NCBI GenBank assembly: GCA_052327205.1
Contig: CM126220.1
Location: 51,894,001-51,958,000 of the forward strand
Length of the DNA stretch: 64,000 nt
DNA from: Somniosus microcephalus
Taxonomy: Eukaryota
Direction of reading: 5' to 3'
The position numbers were made by a program, and so were the translations under genes. This document shows, piece after piece, positions 11,280-23,564 of this stretch. How positions within the stretch are numbered: position 1 is the first letter of the stretch; each line of letters opens with the position of its first letter. Under the pieces are notes generated by a model. The model was not told where the DNA came from and did no database searches. It saw only the letters and a program-made list of their open reading frames with translations.

Positions 11280-12611
11280 ATGCAGAAGAGTGGCAGTGTC
11301 ACAGGGTTCGACAATGAAGTCGAAGATTGGGCAACATATATAGAACATGTAGAAGTGTACTGCAAGACGAATGAAGTGCCAGATGCCAGGAAAGCACTGG
11401 TATTGTTGAATTCCATGGGTGCAAAAACGTACGGCTTACTGCGAAACCTAATAACCCCAGAGAAGCCAGTGGAAAAGGATTTTGAAAGCATAGTGGCAAT
11501 CCTACAGGACCACTTAAACCCCACACCGCTGCTGATAGCCGAAAGATTTAAGTTTCACAAAAGGAACCAGCATAAAGACGAAAGTAATGCTGAGTATTTA
11601 ACGGAACTGCGCAAACTATCGAAACACTGCCAGTTTGGAACGGGACTAGCAGATACTTTAAGGGACAAGTTTGTGTGTGGGCTTCAAAGTGAAGGAACCC
11701 AGAAACGGCTTCTATCAGAAAAGGATCTTACGCTGGACAAGGCTTTCAGCATGGCAGTATCACACGAAGCAACCGCACGGGGCGCTGCAGAGATACAACG
11801 GAGATCGCAAGAATATGGCACAAATGAAATGTCATATGGAGCAGTGAAGTGTTATCGCTGCGGCAAAACAACACACGACCACAAGGACTGTTGGTTCAAG
11901 GACCAAGTGTGCAGACAGTGTGGAAAAGTAGGACACAGAGCAAGTGTCTGCAGGTCGGGAAAGAAAACCAGCAGCAAGAAATCTCCACAGGAGAAGTACA
12001 AAAAGGTACATAAGGTGACGGAGAGTAGTTCAGGCGAACAGAAAAGTGATACAGACTCCGGAAGCAAGGAGCTGGGTTGTCTGAAACTACATCATGTAAT
12101 CAAAATGGAAGATCACCAAACTATCTGGGTCATGCTCAAGATAGACGGAGTCCAAGTGAAAATGGAATTGGACACAGGATCAGCCCTAACAGTCATAAAC
12201 CAAAGGGACTACAAGCGGCTATTCTCACATATACCCTTGAGAGATACAGAGATTGTCTTGAAGACGTACACGGGGCAAAAGGTCTACCCCAAAGGAAAAA
12301 TAAGGGTGAACGTGATATACAACAGCAAGGAAACACCAAAAATGGACATATATGTATTGCCAGATGGAGGACCGCCACTACTAGGGCGTGAATGGATCCG
12401 GAAGATACAGCTAGATTGGCATTCCATACAAGCACTGACTGTAGATGCCAAAAAGGATGACGACATCACACCGGGACGACTGTCAAAAATGCTAACTGAT
12501 GCACAAGAAGTGTTCCAGGAGGGACTCGGAACACTAAAAGGCATAACAGCAACGATCAAAATAGAGGAAAATGCAAGGCCAAAGTTTTTTTTTGTTGTTT
12601 TTTTTTTTTAA
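11280..12611 (+). pseudogene. Gag-protease region of outer Gypsy; pol continues in broken frames to 13379 and at 18282-19440
   Basis: LIAERFKFHKRNQ, LRDKFVCGL, CYRCGKTTHDHKDC, CRQCGKVGHRASVC, MELDTGSA; ends in an expanded T tract. Confidence 0.9.
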
Positions 12612-14016
12612 AAAGGCCAGACCGGTACCTTATGCGATCCGCCCAGCCGTCGAAGCAGAGCTGGAAGGTTTGGAACGTTCAGGAGTGCTATCCAAAGTGG
12701 ACTGGAGCGAGTGGGCTACACCCATCGTTCTTGTAATGAAGAGGTCGTTGAGTAATACGCCTGGGGAACCAAAGAAGGTTCGCATTTGTGGGGACTTTAA
12801 GGTGACAGTGAACCCAGTCCTTCACACTGTACAATATCCGCTTCGGCGGATTGAAGATATTTTTGCCTCGCTATCTGGAGGGAAACGCTTCACTAAGATT
12901 GATCTGGCCCAGGCGTACCTGCAAATGGAGGTAGAAGAAGCCTCGAAACAGTACTGCACGATCAACACTCATAAAAGGTCTCTACCAGTACAACCGGCTG
13001 GTGTTCGGGGTAGCATCAGCTCCGGCTATTTGGCAAAGGGCAATGGATCAAGTCCTGCAAGGGATTCCAGGGACCCAGTGTTATTTGGACGACATCCTGG
13101 TCACGGGCGAAAATGACAGTGATCACCTCGCCAACCTGGAGCAGGTGCTCACTAGATTGAAGGATTATGGGCTCCGAGCTAATCGCCACAAATGCGAGTT
13201 TTTCCAGAAGCAGATCTCGTATTGTTGCCACGTTATTGATGAAGAGGGGTTATATAAGTCCCCTGAAAAGATTGAGGCAGTAGTCAAGGCTCCAGCACCG
13301 GAAAATGTGTCACAACTGAGGTCGTTCCTCGGGTTGGTGAACTACTACCATAAGTTCTTGCCGAATTTGTCTACAGTTCTGTAGTGTATGTACCTTTAAG
13401 AGCCCCTGTGTACTGTAATACTGGTAGTGACCACTCGGGTATATAAGCCTGTATAGTGTCTTGTATCTTTTAGTTCACCTCCAGACTTTGTTCAGTAAAC
13501 ACCTGTTAAACCAACTCCTGCATTGGCAACGAATTGGAAACGGACTTACCTGCAATTCGGCAGCACCTCAAGATCGATTCCTCAGACGAAGGTCGAAGAA
13601 AAAAAACAAAAAACTGTGCTTTCACCAGCTAGCCGGGCTGGTGGCAGGTACTGCACTAATCCTTCCTGGGCGGCGGGCTGGGGCTCGATCGGGTGGCTCT
13701 GCAGCGGGGCCGAGCAGCGAGTCGGGAGGCGGAGGCAAACAGAGACGGAGGGTGGAGCACTCGGGAGACGGCTGGCGCTGCAAAGCAGGTCGGCCGGCGC
13801 TGCAAAGCAGGTCGGCCTTCGGACCAAGCAGAGGGAGGGAAAAATCCCAGAGTGTCCGGCGGGAACGAGTCTCCAACTATTAAAAATATGTGTAAATAAA
13901 AACCGCGGAGAACGGCGTTGTCAGCAGTGGCAGCGGTGGGAAAGCACGGGAGGCGCCATTTTTTCCTCGGCAGGGAAGAAAGGAAAGCGCGGGAGGCGCC
14001 ACTTTTGATTTTCAGG

Positions 14017-17000
14017 ATGCCTAAGACTGGCAATATTACTGCTTTCGATAGTAATATAGAGGATTGGACCACATATGTGGAAAGAGTGGAGGTATATTGC
14101 ACAGCGAATGAAGTAGAGGATGATAAAAAGGCATCGGTACTTCTAAATCTGATGGGCGCAAGGACATACGGGCTGTTACGAAACTTAATCACTCCAGCCA
14201 AACCGATGGACAAGAATTTTAAGGAGATTGTTGATACCCTACAGGAGCACTTAAACCCAACACCGCTGCTGATAGCGGAACGATTCAAATTCTTCAGGAG
14301 GAATCAGCACAAGAATGAAAGTAACGCTGATTACCTCACCGAATTAAGAAAGCTGTCAAAGCACTGCCAATTCGGGGCAGGACTGGCAGATTCTCTACGA
14401 GACAAATTCGTCTGCGGTCTCCGAAGTGAAGGAACACAGAAAAGGCTACTTTCTGAGAAAGATTTGACACTGGACGAGGCTTTCAGTGTGGCTGTATCAT
14501 ACGAAGCAGCAGCAAGAGGAGCTGCAGAGATACAGCAAAAGCCACAGGACTTCGGCACCCATGAAATGACACGGGGTTGAGAGAGATGTTATCGCTGCGG
14601 CAGATCCACCCATGACCAGAGGGACCGCTGGTTCAAGGACAAAGCATGCAGGCAATGCGGAAAGATGGGACACATTGCACGTGTATGCCGATCTGGAAAC
14701 AAAAAATCCACTGACAGAAAAAAAATCAATAAGGAAAAGTACAGAAAGGTACAAATGATGGCGGACAGTAGCTCCGAAGACCAGAAGAGCGATAGCGACT
14801 CCGGAAACAAGAAACTAAGCTGTCTCAAATTACATAATGTAATTGCCAAAGAAGATTACCAGACCATTTGGGTTACCCTCACGATAGCGGGGTCCCCAGT
14901 TAAAATGGAGCTAGATACAGGATCAGCTCTGACCGTCATAAGTCGACGGGATTACGAGCGGCTATTTCCGCATATACCTTTGAAAGACACATCCATTATC
15001 TTGAAGACATATACGGGGCAGAAAGTATACCCCAGAGGGAAAATAAGGGTGCCTGTTGTATACAACGGCAAGGAAATACAGAAGTTGTATTTATACGTTC
15101 TGCAAGATGATGGTCCACCGCTGTTGGGACGTGAATGGATCAGGAAGATACATTTAGACTGGCACTCCATTCAGGCACTGACGGTGACCAGTAAGAAAAA
15201 AAATGATGACGTCATACCTGAACGATTAAAAGACATCTTGGCCAACGCCAAAGAAGTGTTTCAACAAGAACTAGGAACCTTGAAAGGCGTCACCACCTCA
15301 ATAAAAGTGGAAGATGCGGCAATTCCCAAGTTTTTTTTAAGGCAAGACCGGTGTCATACGCAATTCGTCCAGCAGTCGAGGCAGAGCTGGAGAATTTGGA
15401 AAAGGCAGGCGTGTTATCCAAGGTAGACTGGAGCGAGTGGGCAACACCCATCGTCCCAGTCATGAAGAAAACGTTGAATAATGATAAATCTGAAGAACAG
15501 AGAAAAATTCGCATCTGTGGGGACTTCAAGGTGACTGTAAACCCGGTCCTTCACATGGTACAGTATCCTCTTCCGAGGATAGAAGATATTTTCGCCTCAC
15601 TATCCGGAGGGAAACGTTTCACCAAAATTGACTTGGCACAGGCATATCTACAGATGGAGGTTGAGGAGGCCTCTAAAAAGTATCTCACGATAAACACACA
15701 CAAAGGCCTGTACCAGTACAATCGACTGGTTTTCGGAGTAGCATCAGCTCCAGCTATCTGGCAAAGAGCTATGGAGCAAGTCCTGCAAGGGATTCCGGGG
15801 ACTCAATGCTACCTAGGCGACATCCTTGTAACAGGAGAAAACGACAACGAGCACCTTGCCAATTTGGAGCAGGTGCTCACGAGGCTGAGAGAACGGGGCC
15901 TACGAGCAAATCGTCCCAAGTGCGAATTTTTCCAGAAACAAATATCATATTGTGGCCATATAATTAACGAAGAAGGGTTGCATAAGTCACCTGAAAAAAT
16001 TGAAGCGGTCATAAAAGCCCCAGCACCTGAAAATGTCTCACAATTAAGGTCGTTCCTGGGATTGATAAATTACTATCTTAAATTTTTACCGAACTTGTCA
16101 GCTGTTCTGCACCCTCTTAACGCACTGCTACAAACGGGAGTAATTTGGAAATGGAGCGAAGACTGTAAACGTGCCTTCCATAAATGCAAAGGCTTAATCA
16201 CGTCCAAGGAAGTGTTGGCTCATTACAACCCATCACTGCCAATCAGACTGGCGTGCGATGCATCCCCTTACGGCGTAGGAGCGGTATTATCGCACAGATT
16301 CCCTGATGGCTCGGAGCGGCCAATAGCTTTTGCGTCACGCTCATTGAACTCAGCTGAGTGTAACTATGCCCAGATCGACAGGGAAGCACTCAGCCTGGTA
16401 TGGGGAGTGAAGAAATTCAACCATTACCTACACGGACAAAAATTTACCTTGTTGACTGACCATCAACCCCTCGTCTCCATATTCAACCCTAAAAAGGGCG
16501 TTCCCATTATGACAGCGCAAAGGCTACAGAGGTGGTCCCTTTTCCTAGGGGCACACCAATATGACATAGAATACAAAGGATCAAAACAGCATGGGAATGC
16601 TGACGGTTTATCACGCCTACCGTTGCCAACGGTAGAAGAGGCACCTACAGTGGACCCAGTGGAGATGTTCCACTCAACCATAGTGGAATGTCTACCAGTA
16701 ACAAATTCTACCATTGAAAAGGAAACGAGAAATGACCCGACTCTCTCACGAGGCTACAATTTAACGGTGAAGGGATGGCCAGCACATGGCGAACCACTGT
16801 TGCCAGCATTCTCGCAAAGAAGAGAACAGCTGTCAGTGTGCCGAGGAACCTTGATGTGTGGATCCAGAGTGGTGATTCCACCCAAACTCCAGGATAAAGT
16901 GCTAAAGGAGCTTCACGAGGGGCATCTGGGTGGAGTGAAAATGAAGAACCTAGCCAGAGCGTTTGTGTGGTGGCCAGGTATCGATGGAGACATCGAAGAA

Positions 17001-18005
17001 ATGACCAAGAGCTGTCTAGGATGCCAGAAGGTCCAAAACGCCCCACCACAAGCCCCTCTACATCCATGGGAGTGGCCCTCATCTCCATGGCAAAGGGTAC
17101 ATATCGACTTTGCTGGTCCATTTATGGACTCAATGTTCTTAATTGCGGTTGATGCACACTCCAAGTGGCCGGAGGTAATAAAGATGTCCTCCACCACCAC
17201 GGAAAAAACCATCACAGTATTAAGGACCATATTTGCCAGGAATGGGCTGCCAGAACAGATCTGTTCTGATAATGGACCGCAATTTGTGTCCGAAGAATTC
17301 AGGAAGTTCTTAAAAAAACAATGGGGTTAAGCACTACACGTCCGCCCCATACCATCCCACCACCAATGGATTAGCTGAAAGGTTTGTCCAGACCTTCAAG
17401 AAGGCCATAAAGGCCATGGGTAATGAAGACATAAATCTACAACATAAGGTAGATAACTTCTTGTTTGCGTACAGGAATGCAACACATGTGGTTACAAACC
17501 AAACTCCCGCCATGATGTTTTTCAATAGAAGACTAAGATCCCGGCTGGATTTGATCAAGCCAAACATCAGAAGGGACGTAGAGAACTGGCAATTTCAAGG
17601 CATGAATGAAAGGCCAACTAGAACCTTCCAGATAGGTCAACAAGTTTGGCCCGGGACTACCGTACCAAGAAATGGCAGCCTGGAACTATTTGCACACGAC
17701 TAGGACAGCTGATGTATACCGTGGACATTGGAGAAAGCATAATAAGGCGCCATGCTGCCCAGATCATAGAGTCATCCGAAAAGGGACAACCTACACCACA
17801 ACTCTATACGCCTAATGATGAAGCAGAGATACCCATAGTATCTACCTCCGATCCGGTGATACTGGAACCAGATGAACCCGACACTGGCATTCAAGCCGAA
17901 TCGACCTTGCCAAAAGAACCTACTACACCACCGAAAACTACTACACCACCGAGGCGTTATCCGGACCGAGTCAGGAAGCCTCCAGAGAGACTGACTTATA
18001 ATTGA
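14017..18005 (+). pseudogene. gag-pol of inner Gypsy in several broken ORFs
   Basis: MPKTG gag start, LDTGS, RT with YLGD (YLDD mutated), CDASPYG RNase H, HEGH..CLGC, HIDFAGP/SDNGPQF/GLAERF integrase; frameshifts near 14580, 15335, 17315 and 17645. Confidence 0.92.
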
Positions 18006-18103
18006 TTAACTGCAGCAAATGTGCAGATTATTGTTCTTGTAAACATGTTAATTAATGATTACTTATAAAATGTTATGTACTAATTATCTAAAAGGGGAGG
18101 AAT

Positions 18104-18276
18104 TGTAGTGTATGTACCTTTAAAGAGCCCGTGTACTGTAATACCGGTAGTGACCACTCGGGTATATAAGCCTGTTTGGGTCTTGTATCTTTTAGTTCAC
18201 CTCCAGACTTTGTTCAGTAAACACCTGTTAAACCAACTCCTGAATTCCGTGTCTCCATTAACACACGGATACAACA
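18104..18276 (+). repeat. 3' LTR of inner Gypsy (173 bp)
   Basis: TGTAGTGTATGTACC...GGATACAACA; the 5' copy lacks about 30 bp near its 3' end. Confidence 0.93.
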
Positions 18277-19532
18277 AGTTCTACACCCACTGAACACCCT
18301 ACTGCAAACGGGGGTACCATGGAAGTGGAATGACGAATGTAAACGAGCTTTCCAGAAGTGCAAAGAATTGATCACATCAAAAGAGGTGTTGGCTCATTTC
18401 AACCCAGCACTACCAATTCAGCTGGCGTGTGATGCATCACCCTATGGCATTGGATGTCGCACAAATTCCCGGACGGCTCAGTAGCCTTTGCGTCTCGGTC
18501 ACTAACCTCAGCCGAGCGTAACTACGCCCAGATTGACAGGGAGGGCCTCAGCCTAGTGTGGGGAGTGAAAAAGTTCAACCACTATCTGCACAGGCAGAAG
18601 TTCACCTTGCTGACTGACCACCAACCACTTGTCTCCATCTTTAACCCAAAGAAGGGCGTTCCGGTGATGACTGCGCAACGGCTACAAAGATGGTCCCTTT
18701 TTCTAGGGGCGCACCAATATGATATCGAGTATAAGGGTACGAAACAGCATGGAAACGCTGATGGGCTATCACGCCTGCCACTACCTACTGCGGAGGAAGC
18801 ACCAGCAGTGGATCCTGTCGAAATATTTCATTCGACTATAATTGAATGCTTGCCAGTAACTAACGCTGTTATAGAGAAGGAGACCTGAAAAAAGCAGTAA
18901 GGGCCATGTGCAATGACGACATTCCACTGCAGCATAAGGTGGACAATTTCCTGTTAGCCTACAGAAATGCGACACATACAGTCACCAACCAGACCCCGGC
19001 CATGATGTTCTTTAACCGAAGGTTGAGATCTCGTCTGGATTTGCTCAAACCAAATGTACAAAGAGATGTTGAGAATAAGCAATTCCAGCACATCAATGAG
19101 AAGCCGACAAGGAGCTTCAATGTAGGGCAACCAGTCTTGGCTCGCGACTACCGAACAGAGAAATGGCAACCAGGAATGATATGCACACGGCAGGGGCCAC
19201 TAATGTACACCGTGGATGTTGGGGAGAACATTGTGAGACGCCATGTCGACCAGATCCTAGAGTCACAGGAAAGAGTCAACCCCAGGTCTCGCGTACCTGG
19301 TGATGAACCCGACATACCGGTAACATCTACCCCAGAAACAGTAGCATCGGAAGCTGATGAACCAACCGACGACAAGAGCAAGACACTCAGGAAAGGCGCT
19401 ATCCAGAAAGGATCAGGAAGCCGCCCCAAAGACTGAATTTATAAATGGACTATTTGCTGTTAATGTTGCATGTTAAAAGTGTTAATTGTTAAATGAATGT
19501 TATGGTACTGTTAATCTAAAAAGGGGAGGAAT

Positions 19533-19745
19533 TGCAGTGTATGTACCTTTAAGGGGAGAACTACTTTTTACAGCTCCTGTATACTGTAGTACCGGCAGTG
19601 ACCACACCTGTATATAAACCCTGAGTAGGGATCTGTGCTTTCGTTTTAGAGTAACCTGCATCCAGTAAACACCTGTTAATTGTTCCTCTGCAGTCTCTGT
19701 TGATTTATTGAAGAACACCATACATCAACATTCACGGATTCAACA
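19533..19745 (+). repeat. 3' LTR of outer Gypsy
   Basis: Follows the PPT; direct repeat of 10606-10818. Confidence 0.95.
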
Positions 19746-22429
19746 GGAGAGAATTCCACAGGTTCACCACTCTCTGGGTGAAGAAATTCCTCCTCATCTC
19801 AGTCCTAAATGGCTACCCCTTATCCTTAGACTGTGACCCCTGGTTCTGGACTCCCCCGCCATCGGGAACATCCTTCCTGCATCTAGTCGGTCTAGTCCTG
19901 TTAGAATTTTATAAGTTTCAATGAGATCCCCTCTCACTCTTCTAAACTCCAGCAAATATAAGCCCAATCGACCCAATCTCTCCTCATATGTCATTCCTGC
20001 CATCCCAGGTATCAGTCTGGTGAATCTTCACTGCACTCTCTCCATGGCAAGAACATCCTTCCTCAGATAAGGCGACCAAAACTGCACACAATACTCAAGG
20101 TGTGGTCTCACCAAGGCCCTGTACAACTGCAGCAAGACATCCTTGCTCCTGTACTCGAATCCTCTCGCTATGAAGGCCAACATACCATTTGTCTTCTTAA
20201 CCGCCTGCTGCACCTGCATGCTTACCTTCAGCGACTGGTGCACAAGGACACCCAGGTCTCGTTGCACTTCCCCTTTTCCCAATCTATTGCCGTTCAGATA
20301 ATAATCTGCCTTCCTGTTTTTACCACCAAAGTGGATAACCTCGCATTTATCCACATTATACTGCATCTGTCATGCATTTGCCCAATCACCCAAACTGTCC
20401 AAATCATACTGGAGTTTCTCTGCATCCTCTTCACAGCACACCCACCCAGCTTTGTGTCGACTGCAAACTTGGAGATATCACATCTAGTTCCTTCGTCTAG
20501 GTCATTAATATATATTGTGAATAGCTGGGGTCCAAGGACCAATCCCTGCGGTACCTCACTCGTCACTGCCACTGGGAAAAAGACCCGTTTATTCCAACTC
20601 TTTGCTTCCTGTCGGCCAACTAGTTCTCTATCCAAGTCAGTACCTTACCCCCAATCCCATGTGCTTTAACTTTGCACGCTAATCTCTTATGCGGGACCTT
20701 ATCGAAAGCCTTCTGAAAGTCCAAATACACCACATCCACTGGTTCTCCCTTATCTATTCTACCAGTCACATCCTCAAAAAATTCCAGTAGATTAGTCAAG
20801 CATGATTTACCTTTTGAAAATCCATGTTGACTTTGTCCGATCCTGCCACTGCTTTCCAAGTGCTCTGCTATTACATCTTTTATAATGGACTCTAGCATTT
20901 TCCCCACTACCGATGTCAGGCTTACTGGTCTATAATTCCCCATTTTCTCTCTACCACCTTTTTTAAATAGTGGGGTTACATTAGCTACCCTCCAATCCAT
21001 GGGAACTGTTCCAGAGTCTATAGAATTTTGGAAGATGACCAGCAATGCATCTACTATTTCTCGGGCCACTTCCTTAAGTACCCTGGGATGTAGATGATCA
21101 GGCCCTAGGGATTTATCAGCCTTCAATCCCGTCAATTTCCCAAACACCATTTCCCTACAAATATTGATTTCTTTCAGTTCCTCCCTCTCATTACACCCTA
21201 TGTTCCCCGACATCTCTGGGAGGTTATTTGTGCCCTCCTTTGTGAAGACAGAACCAAAGTATGTATTTAATTGGTCTGCCATTTCTTTGTTCCCCATTAT
21301 AAATTCCCCTGATTCTGACTGCAAGGGACCTACGCTTGACTTCACCAATCTTTTTCTCTTCACATATCTATAGAAGCTTTTACAGTCAGTTTTTAGGTTC
21401 CCTGCAAGCTTACTCTCATACTCTATTTTTCCCCCCTCTTAATTAATCCCTTTGTCCTCCTTTGCTGAATCCTAAACTGCTCCCAATCCTCAGGTTTGCT
21501 GCTTTTTCTGGATATTTTATATATATTTTATATTAAAAGGAATTATGGCCAATTTCAACCTGGTTTCTGCTGGAGTTTTCCCAGTATTCCGAAAGCTCAG
21601 AGCCTCTGCTACTCTTTGGGTTCTACCACAGGAGTCCGTTAATCGAGAGCGAGAGAGACTGTCTTCTGCCCTGCCACGGAGCTTCTTTTCCTCTCTCTCT
21701 TTTGCACTTATAGGACGGCCTGTTACTCCCACTCTCTCTTCTGCCTCCGACAGGGGAGCTTCTGTACACTCTCTTTTGCCCCCACTCAGAATCTTGTGTT
21801 ACTGGAAGGCTGTACTTGTCTGGTTCCTATTCCCAGAGCTATCAATATTAAAATGTTAGGTGTGATCAAAAGGAGCTGAATTTATTTTTAAGAGTGAAAT
21901 GCATTGAATTTTGACAGTTATTGTTGCTGTAACCAGCCAAGGGCTGATACTGACCCCAATCACTGGTCATTCCTGCTCCACCTTTCAGCCTGTTTGTCTA
22001 TGCTCTCCCAAACCCACTTCATCCTGTTACCTCTCCCCATCCTTAACAAATCTTTTAAAAACCTCCCTTTTTGACTGTGTCTGAAGAATCCCTTGCACTC
22101 TCTCTTTCACAGTGCATGGGGTATCCTGCACTCACTCTGTCCCTGTCCCATTGTACCTGAGTTCGCTCTCACTGTACCTGGGGTATTCTGCACTCACTCT
22201 ATCCCCGTGCTCTCGGACTGTGCCTCGGGTATTCTGCTCTGGGCATGCCTGGGGTATCCTCCCTCTTTCCAACTGTGCTTGGGATGTCCAGCCCAGCTCC
22301 AACTGGTAACGAGTGCCAAAATGTTCCTCCACTAAAAAATGCCATACTCAATGTGCAACATCTCAGAGCTTAGGCCAAAGACCTACCTGAAGTGGAGGGC
22401 ACTATCCTGTCTTGGGGTCCGGAGATTTT

Positions 22430-23462
22430 TGGGGGGGGGGGGGGGGGGGGGAGGGGGGCACTGACCTGTCTCAGTGTGGGGGGGAGGGGGGCACTGACCT
22501 GTCTCAGTGTGGGGGGGAGGGGGGGCACTGACCTGTCTCAGTGTGGGGGGGAGGGGGGCACTGACCTGTCTCAGTGTGGGGGGGAGGGGGGCACTGACCT
22601 GTCTCAGTGTGGGGGGGAGGGGGGCACTGACCTGTCTCAGTGTGGGGGGGAGGGGGGCACTGACCTGTCTCAGTGTGGGGGGGAGGGGGGCACTGACCTG
22701 TCTCAGTGTGGGGGGGAGGGGGGCACTGACCTGTCTCAGTGTGGGGGGGAGGGGGGCACTGACCTGTCTCAGTGTGGGGGGGAGGGGGGCACTGACCTGT
22801 CTCAGTGTGGGGGGGGAGGGGGGCACTGACCTGTCTCAGTGTGGGGGGGAGGGGGGCACTGACCTGTCTCAGTGTGGGGGGGAGGGGGGCACTGACCTGT
22901 CTCAGTGTGGGGGGGAGGGGGGCACTGACCTGTCTCAGTGTGGGGGGGAGGGGGGCACTGACCTGTCTCAGTGTGGGGGGGAGGGGGGCACTGACCTGTC
23001 TCAGTGTGGGGGGGAGGGGGGCACTGACCTGTCTCAGTGTGGGGGGGAGGGGGGCACTGACCTGTCTCAGTGTGGGGGTGTCTCAGAGTGGGGGTCAGCA
23101 CTGACCTGTCTCAGTCTTGTGTGTTGGGGGGGGGGGGGGCTCACTGACCTGTCTCAGTCTTGGGGGGGGGGGGGGGGCACTGACCTGTCTCAGTCTGGGG
23201 GGGGGCACTGACCTGTCTCAGTCTGGGGGGTGGAGGAGGCACTGACGTGTCTCAGTCTGGGGGTCCCGGGGGGGCAGACACTGACCTGTCTCAGTGTGGG
23301 GGTCCCGGGGGGGCAGACACTGACCTGTCTCAGTGTGGGGGTCCCGGGGGGGGGGGGGGGGCACTGACCTGTCTCAGTGTGGGGGTCCCGGAGGGGGGGG
23401 GGGGGCACTGACCTGTCTCAGTGTGGGGGTCCCGGGGGGGGGTGGACACTGACCTGTCTCAG
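22430..23462. repeat. G-rich minisatellite, core unit CACTGACCTGTCTCAGTGTGGGGGGGAGGGGGG (33 bp), about 29 core copies
   Basis: 19 near-perfect 33/34-bp units (22459-23075) plus about 10 variable-length units up to the SPRING1 exon boundary. Confidence 0.97.
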
Positions 23463-23564
23463 CGTGCTGCTCAGGAAGTAGATGAGCGAGAGGCCAAACA
23501 CCACGGCGAGGACCCAGCGCTTCCTGAGCACCTTGCGCCACACCATAGAGATGCACTGCACCAT
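23454..23564 (-). CDS. SPRING1: SPRING1 (C12orf49) coding exon 1, N-terminal transmembrane anchor
   Basis: Translates [37 protein letters not shown] (37 codons), matching recalled human [37 protein letters not shown]; ends at CAG|GTCAGT; head-to-head with RNFT2. Not listed in this frame in the ORF track. Confidence 0.95.

Larger units (their letters stand above)
13380..18276 (+). mobile_element. Inner Ty3/Gypsy LTR retrotransposon, full-length but frameshifted, inserted in the outer pol
   Basis: LTRs 13380-13522 and 18104-18276; perfect 5-bp TSD AGTTC (13375-13379, 18277-18281); PBS TGGCAACGA; PPT AAAAGGGGAGGAA; outer pol reads ...LSTV|LHPLNTLL across it. Confidence 0.96.
10606..19745 (+). 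mobile_element. Outer Ty3/Gypsy LTR retrotransposon, defective (frameshifts, integrase deletion, nested insertion)
   Basis: 213-bp LTRs at 10606-10818 and 19533-19745; PBS TGGCGACGAG; PPT AAAAGGGGAGGAA; 5-bp TSD GTAGA/GGAGA; gag with two CCHC knuckles, LDTGS protease, YLDD RT. Confidence 0.95.
10399..21510 (-). mobile_element. CR1 LINE (10399-10605 plus 19746-about 21510) interrupted by the nested Gypsy elements
   Basis: CR1 sequence CTTCTGTGGTAGA|GAATTCCACAGG is contiguous across the insertion; RT ORFs at 19794-21363. Confidence 0.92.

Noticed and set aside
18006-18103. env gene or endogenous retrovirus identity for the LTR elements
   Set aside because: Only about 40-100 bp separate the pol stop from the LTR in all three elements; domain order and motifs are Ty3/Gypsy.
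22132-22345. Minus-strand VEEHFG resembling SPRING1 VEDHFE
   Set aside because: Only a few residues match, the flanks do not, and it would be out of exon order; treated as chance, next to a degenerate GGGTATYCTGCACTCACTCT repeat.
1-22400. SPRING1 exon 2 and later exons
   Set aside because: I could not find the expected WKVQFNLGNSS / CRNSIQG or Cys-rich segments in the non-repeat gaps; they are probably left of the window, though a diverged exon could have been missed by eye.
22383-23408. Repetitive ORFs ([33 protein letters not shown]) as stand-alone proteins
   Set aside because: By-products of a 33-bp unit that lacks stops in several frames; non-ATG starts; frames switch wherever a G-run changes length.
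22459-23460. CRISPR-like array (palindromic repeat with spacers)
   Set aside because: The spacers are identical or low-complexity G-runs, there are no cas genes, and the context is a spliceosomal intron.
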